From contig NW_003526943.1 in the NCBI RefSeq assembly GCF_000181795.1, positions 3,424,609 to 3,488,608 of the forward strand: a DNA stretch of 64,000 bases. Direction: 5' to 3'. The translations under genes were made by a program, and so were the position numbers. This DNA is from Trichinella spiralis (taxonomy: Eukaryota). The notes beneath the pieces are model-generated. The model saw nothing but the letters and a program-made list of their open reading frames with translations. It had not been told where the DNA came from and made no database searches. Positions 55,104-64,000 of the stretch are shown here, one piece after another; the stretch's first letter is position 1; the number at the start of each line of letters is the position of its first letter.

Positions 55104-55623
55104 ATGGCAATCGTTAATTTGAACTTAGCCATTTTCGGCTATTTATGCTTTCTGTTGGCCACTGTCCAGTCGGCCAAACAATGCATGTCTGTCTACGGGC
55201 AGGTAAAGTGTGGCTCGCAACCCCCTGAAATTCCCGTCTTCATCAAGCTCTACGACGAGGATACAGGTATGTTATTGGAATTTTGATAATGGATTTGTAG
55301 CAGTTGATTAAAAAAAAAATTTCAAAGGTGGTCCTGACGACTGGATGGACGATGGCTATGCAAGCAAGAGTGGGCATTTTAATTTGCACGGTTGCGCCTC
55401 TGATCCATTCGGAACCACTATCGATCCAATGTTACGCATTTATCACATGTGCAAAGGCGAAGGATACAGAAAAACAGTTGTCGTTCCAAAGGAATCTGTC
55501 AGAGCTGGTGAATATCGATTCAACACTACAATCGACCTTAACATTGATGAAGAGCGCAATGTACAGCACAAATATGAACTACCACAATGTTCATCACTGC
55601 AAACTAGCACCGGAAAGCCGTAA
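55104..55623 (+). CDS. Secreted transthyretin-like (TTR-52 family) protein, paralog 1 (exons 55104-55266, 55328-55623)
   Basis: Signal peptide; V.G.V.CG..P....IKLYDEDTG.DD, G.F.L.G, IDP.LRIYH.C. Confidence 0.9.
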
Positions 55624-56304
55624 TAGTAATAATTCACATTACATATTTATTTATTTAGTCATCTTTCACATTGTCTGTTTACACATTACATAAAAATAAA
55701 GTTAAATATACATATATTTTCAGTACTTATATTTATTTAAGTATTATATCAAGTGTTAAAAGCATAATAAAAAACATCACGCTTCGTCATGCTTCCGTCA
55801 TGTGCTCTGCAGGCAAGCAGTTGTCTAATTGATAATTATAGAATAACAAATAATAATAACTTAAATAGCATTAGCTGCTTGCTATTCAACAATTAAACTG
55901 CAATGCAATCTATTCAGTTTTATTGAAATTTTTTTTCATAATAAAACAATTCTCACAGAAAAGCAACATGGAAACTTAATTTAAAAAAAGTATACAGCGA
56001 ATAGCTTTCCCGTGTTAATATGTTAATAGAATCTTTCAATACACGTAAATATAATGCCCAAACAGCAAATGCAATAATTTTAAACAAAAAATGTTAAAAC
56101 GTTAAAAATTGTTCAAACGTGGCAGTTTTATCAATTGTTGCAAACAAATATTGCAATATATATATACATATATAATAGGCAAAAAATTGGCTTTTCACGA
56201 ATGAAGAAAACAAGTAAAAATCAGTTCAAATACGTCTTCATAAACGTAATTAATTTTACAAGTACAATTCGTTTTTCAATTGACAAACAAGATAAAGTTG
56301 ATCA

Positions 56305-59300
56305 TCATATCCAAGCTTCCCATCCAAACCATGTTCTGGATAAGATTATAGGATCAGTAGCCATTTCTAAAAAATATTATTACAAATAAATAAATAAATA
56401 AAAATACGTTTAGCTTAGATAAAATAACATTGAACACGTCAATTAATCAAACGAAGCTTGATTTCCTTGAGCTGATTTAAAGAAAAAATTTTTTTAATTG
56501 ACAGCAAAAAATCAAAGTAAAGCATCAAGTTTGTCGAAGTTTGATTAATTTGATTAAACAACTGTTTGTTCTAGGTCAAAATTGAAGTTAAATGACACTT
56601 GGATTTCTTCGTGGTCCTGAATGACTATTTACACCGAAAAACAAGTCAAATGTAAAAATTAGGTTCTCATGATCATTGTGTTGCAGCTGACATTTTTTGA
56701 TCATGTGCATCGATCGCATTGAAAATATTTTAAAAACAAAAAAAAAAAACAAAATTATACTGAACTGCTCACCAATTAAACAAGACGTCTGCTGTTCAAC
56801 AGTCAACGCTTGAAGTGGATAACCACGAGGAGCTGATTGATCTTCTTCGGTGAGAGCTGAAAAATCCTTTTTCCCATAAATGCAGTTGATAATCTGATGC
56901 AATGGAAATGAAGACAGATGTTGCCGAGAATTCGTCAATTCATCTCTAAAAGTCGAAATATGAACAAAACAAAACAAAAAAATATTGAGAACATTCCTTT
57001 ATCTAGAAATTATCATAAATTACAAGCGGAATTACAAGAAACCAATGAAAGTAAAAATTACCTACCTTCACACTGCCTACAGATTTATATGCATTTGAAA
57101 TTTTATTTTCAAATTAAACTGAAATTTTTGAAAAAGAACAATTTTTAAAATTATCCCCTGTTTTCAAAATCAGAAAAAGAGCAACCAACGTACTGCATTA
57201 TGATCACTGGATTATCACCGCGAAGCTTTCTCGCCGCTGCGGAAATTTTCTCCTCCGGATACCATTTGAATAAATCGCGCAAATTTGCTTCGTCGTTCCA
57301 CAAAGGTCTACCTTCACCAATTTGCCTGCGGACTTCCACCTGGAATAACATTGACAATTTTCAAAGTAACAAGTTATTTTTTATAGTAATTAATTTCAAA
57401 CAGCATTAAATTACAATCCAATTCAAAGATGGTTCTTTGATGAATGTATCCATTGTGTTCAACAAAATATAACTGCTATCACGAAAAGCTTTCAAACAAT
57501 ATTTCATGGTCGATTCCAACAGGCCGTGCATTCCAACGGGTTCTACTACACCGACAAATTGTTTGGTCAGACGAAACGGCATCAGCTCTGGTATGGGCAA
57601 ATACTTGAAACAAGTTGGAAAATAATTTTTTGTTTTATAAGCGAAAAATTCATCACCAGCAAATAATAAAAACTGCTCACTTGTAACGATGCTCCAAAAG
57701 CGTAGCCAAAATCAATTCCAATCACTTCACCAGTTTTAGTGTCGAGAACAATATTGCCCAAATGGCGATCGCCGATTTCAAGCAAATAATTCGCTATGCT
57801 CATGATGGCCAAACTGACGGTAAATTTTTGACGCAAAAAGCAAAAAACATCCGGACTAACACAGCAGTTCAACAATTGATCTCTGTTTGGTAAAAAAAAA
57901 AATTTTTTTTGAATTTTGATCAATTTCACCAAATTATTACCTCAACAAATGATCCGGGATTTTCTTTAGCACTTCACTGAAACGACGTGCCGCTGTTTCG
58001 GGAGAAATATTTTGAAATGAACGCCAATAAGTCATATGATTCAGAGGAGAACTTGCCTCGCCGGCAGCTTTCAGCAAAATTTTTCCTGGACCTTCTGTGA
58101 ACATATCCATACTGAAAAATTGATGAAATTTATTTAAAAAAAAACGAATAATTTCCGAAAGCATTATTATTTCAACGAACGCTATCGTTTGATATTCTTT
58201 TCTTAACGATTCGCCCATGAAGAACTGTTGTAACGGTACCACGTTGGGCAAAAATTCAATCAAGCCAAGTCTTAACAGAATAATAGAAGCAAAAGAAAAA
58301 TAATAATTATAATAATAAAACACACGAAACAAGCACAAAGACAAATTTCACTTTATGCTCAGAGGAACAATTCGGTAAGTGCGAATACGAGCCTTGAGAC
58401 GAGAACATTGATGCTGCTTTTGTAGAATTCCATTCATCAAATCAAACAACTGTTGCACTCGTTCATCTTGTCTCAAATCTTCACCAGCTTTTACCAGATA
58501 TTTATAATCACGACCATCATCCCCCTGTATGCAGATCTTTTTGGGCTTTTTCAACGATCGCATTATTTCAACCTGTGAAAAAATTTTCATCTTTTTAAAA
58601 TTTTAAACAAAATACAAAATACAAAATAAAATCTCTTTGAAAAAACAAACAATCAAAAAATAATTTATAAATATTGTAGATATTTTTTTCAAATATAATC
58701 TAAATGAATAATTCATGGAACTTTTTTCATATTTTTGCAAAAAATCTCTTCTGTTGTCGTCTGTCGACCCCTCAAAAATGCATTTCATTTCATAATTTTA
58801 TGTATCAAATTCAACTGCACTATATTATAAATTGCATATTTTGTCAAACATTCTTCTTCATTCGTTGTTATTCATTGATGCACAAGTTGTTTGTTAGAAC
58901 TAAAATAAATTGTCTGCACGCGATCAAAGTCTTCAATTCAAAATCCCAATGCATTTTTCACTGCGAGCGTTGAAAGTCACAGACCAAAAAAAAAGAACAA
59001 ACAGATCAGGATGGAAGAGAGGAAATAATTTATCTGATCTGATCGGATCGGATCTAAAAGTGTTCCACAAGAATTTGAATTTGAAGTTCTGAAATGTAGA
59101 GTGAAAAAGGATTTTTTTTTTGAAAAATTCAAACCCATTAGTTAACGCTGAGCAAATGCACGCAAGCTGTGAAAAATTACTTCAACAACAACAACAACAA
59201 CAGCAAGCAGTGAAAGTGACAACGAAACGCTAAGAGCAAGCACTTTTCCCCCCAGTCTCAGCGTAAAGAGAGAGAGAGAGAGAAAATGCTGACAGCCGGT

Positions 59301-62300
59301 GCTTTGAAACTCGCACTCTGCACAATTGTACTAATGGAAATTTTATCTATTGCACATGGAAAACCACAATGCTTGACAGTACGTGGAAAAGTAACATGCG
59401 GATCACAGCCAGCTGAAACACCAATTTTCATTCAGCTTGTGGATGAAGATATAGGTGGAAAAGAATCAATTGCCTTTGTATTATTTTATTGCTTATATTT
59501 GTTGTTTTATAGGATTTTCGGACGATTGGATGGACGAATGCTATGCAAGTAAAACGGGAGTGTTTCAACTTCACGGCTGTGCTTCTGATCCGTTTGGCAA
59601 AACTATCGACCCGAAACTTCGTATTTATCACAGTTGCAAAGGAGAAAGCCGTCGGCGAACAGTCACTATTCCCAAGGAAGCGGTAAAATCCGGTGATTAC
59701 GTCGTCAATGGAGTGATCAATCTCAGCGAAGAAAGCAAAGAAGATGTGAAACACAAATATGATTTACCCCACTGTTCAGAATTGGGCACGTCAACTGGAA
59801 AGCCAAAATAAAAAAAACCAACAACAACAACAGTAGTGCATAATTTTTTGCTTTTAAAAAATTCTCTAGTATGCTAGATAGTGAATTGTTTTCATTATTG
59901 TTAAAAAAATTGTACTTACATCTGATGCAAAACCAATAATGTGCACGTGCCTCTCTGGAAACGGGCGTCGGTCACCGCTGTATTGACCTGCAGTGATCAA
60001 TGATATTATTTATTTTAAAAAATTTCACAAAACTGTCTTCAATATTAGCACTTCCACCAAATGTATGGAAACAGTTGTCATTCGAGACCAAAGTAAATAT
60101 TTGAAATGAAAATATTATTTTAAGTGTATTTATACTCTTTAAGCAAACTTTGCTTGCGCTTTATATAAAAACAGTAATTTCAAAATATAATTTTCGAGTT
60201 TGAGTAAAATATAACAATTGAAAACATTTCTAAAAATAGAATAATTAGACGATCAGTTCAATTCACTTTTCTTGAATTCAAAAATGAATTTATGCATTCT
60301 ATTACAAGTTGCAATTACTATTATTCTGTTTTGCAAATAATAAAAATAATAATAAATTATTATCAAGTTTTAAAATTATTCCAAAATAATAGTAATAAAT
60401 GTTGTCATCGAAAAGTCAGCCTGCTGTTCTTCTAACTTTTGATTTTATCACTGCAACAAAAAACTGCTACCTATGAGAAACTGGCAATAACAAAGATTCA
60501 ACAATGATAAATGTAATAATGCTGAAATATATTAATTTAAAATGAAAAGTTTTCAAACTGAAAATTACCGGGTATTTCTAGAAAAACATCCAACGGATGT
60601 GGACGGTAAGCAGTCAACCAAGGAGAATATTCATTCAAATTATTCGGGCAGCATTCTGGAATGTAAAATGTGCGCAACTCGCTAAGAATTGACGAACACA
60701 TACGTAGATAATTCTAAAATCAGATTAACAACAACTGTAAAAGCATCATTTATGCACATGAATACTTTTTTCAAATTCAAATTGTAAGATGCGTGTAAAT
60801 GAAAACGAAAGAGAAGTGCAAAAGTATAAAAACAATGAATAAAAAAACTGCCTTGAATCTGTATACCTCGGCCGATTTATTATCAAATGCACATATATCG
60901 ACACAAAAAATTTCCTGTATTTTCGGGAGAAATTTCTTAAAAGTATTAATCAGCATTAAAAAATTATTTTAAACATTATATATTTTTCAATGCATACTTG
61001 AAAGAAGCATTTCCAAAATGAACCCACAAACTCTCTTCTGATATCTGCAATATAATAATAAGTACGTTGGGAATAAATTTTCCAAATAAGAAAAAAATAC
61101 AACAACAATACCAGCAAATGTTACAAAGGAATACAGTTTCACCATCGTCTCTCTCCTAGCTTCATTGCTCTTGTTGCTTATATTCATAATGATGCTTTCC
61201 AGTTCATCAATAACATGCTGCAATAATGAACGTACTGTTACAATCGAATCGAAAAAAACACTTTTTACAAATTCTTTAAAAACTTGCTTTGAAAACCATG
61301 TCTGGATGTGAAAGAAGACTTAAAGCATCGATGAAATCTTTCACAATTTTCGTCTTCCTGAGCTTTAATTGCAATCTGCACAAAAAGTAGACTGCTTCAT
61401 TTCTATTCTCTGTTGATATATATATATATATCTGTTTCACAAACCTGTAAAAGTCAGTTTCGCCCGCATCTCCCGTGGCAGATTTTAGCATCAAAAGTGG
61501 ATAAATCAGTGCCTAAATGGATGTAAAAAACTTTCCGCCCATAGGTAAATATATTAATTGTTATCTCGTCTTACTTGAGGATAATCATCCGCTATTCTTT
61601 CTAATATTGAATAAAACTTGTTACTTCTTTTCAATGCAGACAGCATTTGATTCAGCCAAGAAAGAAACATCCAAGATGGTACAGAATCTATCTTAAAATT
61701 CAGAAATTCAATATTTTTTTTTAAATTAATAAATAGAAATTTAATTTTGAATATTAGAAATAAATGAATATGTGTGCGCATGATTGATTATTTCTCCAAA
61801 GTTTGATGCCTTCAACATGTAATAATAATATACACCTAAACCTATCAAAAAAAAACGATACTTATTCAAACTAGTTCAGCTTTCTGCCTCTACCAGAACA
61901 ATCAATCAATCACAGTAAATAGAATTTCTACCTCTGCTTGAAACTCTAATTCACTTTCGGGATATTTTTCCATCACGCTCAAAAGACGAGGAAATAGTTG
62001 ACGAGCTAAGTGCGAACCATTTTTCATACTCATCAAAATACTGCGAACCATTACACAGGCGCATTCTGAATTTACAAGTGATGCTAAAATCAAAATAATA
62101 TAAAGTTAATTATTAAATAAAAGTCAAACAATTCAAGCATACTATGGCCATTTTTTCGCAGAATACGATCACAAAAGCTCGACAATTCCATCAACGGCTC
62201 AGTAAGTTTAGGGCTTTCAATATTCAACTGTGAAGAATATTGACAGGACAATTTCAAATAACGAAAAGCCTGATCATAGCACAATGTTACAAGCTAAGAG

Positions 62301-64000
62301 AATAAATATATTATTATTAAATTTAGTTTAGGTTTTTTTTTTGAAAAAAAAACTTCCACCTTTCGTCAAATACTTACCTCACTGATATCAGCAGTATCAG
62401 TATTGGAAATCAAACGTGACAGACAAAATTCTGCCAATGTATTTTCTGAGCTCGCAACCACAGTCTCGGCAACATTGTCAAACAGCATACCAATTAGCGC
62501 AAACTGATCAGCAGACGAACCTTCCGTTGTATTCAGTTCAGGATCAGTAATTTTCTTCAAATCTAAAATGGAACAATTTTCTCTTTCTAAACCGCATGCA
62601 AAAAATATCAATTCATTTCAAAAATCACCAAACAAATTCAACGCCTGCATCAAATAAGCGGATCGGCTTTTCACTGCATTGGCACAATTGGCCAGCTGCA
62701 ACAACGCCCACGTCTCGTAGTTCGATGCTTCCAAAAGCAGATGCTTGTCTTGCAATCGTTGAAGCAGCTAAAAAAAATCACAAATTTCAACTTATCATAT
62801 TCAATTTGAAATTACAGAAAAAAACAAAAATTATGAAACTTTTTTAATTGAGCTCAACAAAGAAAAAACAACTCCATGATTATTCTGTCGGACTGCGCAT
62901 TTTAAATATTGATAACCAAACTGAAGTCTGAACGGAAGCAACGACTGTCGTACATTGGAAACTGAAATTCCCGAATCCACAAGACGTTTACCGAATATTT
63001 CGAGAAATGTTTTTCTAAAAACAGATAAATAACATTGTATAATCTCGTTTTCAAATATTTCGGTCACACAACAGCAAAGTCACAGGAAATAATGCGTTGT
63101 TTTGAACGTAGAAATCTTATTCACCTGTTCAACACAACATCATCGGCTGTAGTAGTTAATGTAGTTTCAACATCCAGTCCATAGCGCAACCAAAATCGAC
63201 ACAATTTGACAACATTTTCCAGCTTAAACTCGTCTAAAAATTTTCAACAAAAATGCATTGAATCCGTTTTTTTCTGTCAAAATTCACAACTGAAACCTGA
63301 TGCATGCAACAAATGCAAAAATTTTGCCGTTTCAGATACGGGCAACAAATCTTGTACAAGCTTCAAACGAGCAGTTACATCACAAACTCGAAGTGTTGGA
63401 TAACACTAACAAATCAAAATAAAATTAATATTATCATTCAAATAAAATATGAAGAAAAAAAATAACAACTCACTTTCAGAAATGAATCCATTGAAAGACT
63501 GAGAAAGTACTGGGATTTCGTGAAATTTTCACGTAAAATGTTCAGCAATACTAACAATCCTGAATGTCGATTCTAAATACAAAACGTTTTTGTATTGAAT
63601 AAAATGCACTGCCGTTGTTATAGTTCGCACTTCGAGAATTTCCCTATTTTTCGGTACAGATTGATTCTGTTCGACAAAAGTAGACAATTCTTCCAGAGCT
63701 ACTGAATCGGATGTCAAAGCAATTTTCAATTTAGATCGAAGAAAAACTGGCAAATGCATATTCTGCAAATGAAAAAAAAATTACACGCAAAATTTGAAAC
63801 AAAGCCACTTTTCGAATTTATACAATAAGATAGTCGGTTTCCCAAATTTGATCCAACTTAGTAGTTTGCCCAGTGGAACCAAACGTGGTCGACCACGCTT
63901 CCAAACCTTTCCAATCGTTCAACATTTCCAAGCACTAAAAACCAATTACGATTTGCAATTCACAAAACTGTTCCAATGGTAAAAATGGTCAATTTTGTCA
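56305..64000 (-). CDS. PRKDC: DNA-dependent protein kinase catalytic subunit, 3' part (FAT, kinase, FATC); continues beyond the window
   Basis: LEIPG|QYSG, LVKAGEDLRQDERVQQLF, IGDRHLGN, IDFG, PELMPFRLT and FATC ATDPIILSRTWFGWEAWI* (cf. DNA-PKcs ATDPNILGRTWEGWEPWM). Stop at 56305-56307. Confidence 0.95.
59286..59811 (+). CDS. Secreted transthyretin-like (TTR-52 family) protein, paralog 2, nested in a DNA-PKcs intron (exons 59286-59454, 59513-59811)
   Basis: Same motifs and same phase-1 intron position as paralog 1; reading frame intact. Confidence 0.9.

Noticed and set aside
59032..59055. GATC(T/G) pentamer repeats upstream of the nested TTR gene
   Set aside because: Only about 4 units; indistinguishable from a slippage microsatellite.

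Overview
AT-rich, intron-dense eukaryotic DNA with many ~55-65 nt GT-AG introns. It is most likely a clade I nematode such as Trichinella; this is inferred from the nematode-type transthyretin-like genes occurring together with NF1 and DNA-PKcs. Genes in order: a serpentine-type multi-pass membrane protein (-), dyskerin/Cbf5 (+), an intronless Cys-rich orphan (+), a ~9 kb gene-poor stretch, a MARVEL protein (+), a MOLO-1/TPM-like membrane protein (-), SLC25A38 (-), an RSRC1-like gene (-), neurofibromin (+, 13.7 kb), a C-type-lectin-like/EGF-repeat membrane protein (+), MAEA (-), NF-YC (+), two decayed mobile elements, adjacent Kish and UPF0390 ORFs (+), two transthyretin-like paralogs (+) and the 3' part of DNA-PKcs (-). 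Four observations stand out. (1) Dyskerin introns carry H/ACA-like hairpins whose pockets are complementary to the U2 snRNA branch-site region (U43/44 and U34, human numbering). (2) The same gene appears to need a non-canonical GT-TG intron inside its catalytic domain. (3) An intron-like segment links Kish and UPF0390 into a possible bicistronic mRNA. (4) One transthyretin-like gene is nested antisense in a DNA-PKcs intron. All homology calls rest on recalled motifs; no database searches were run.
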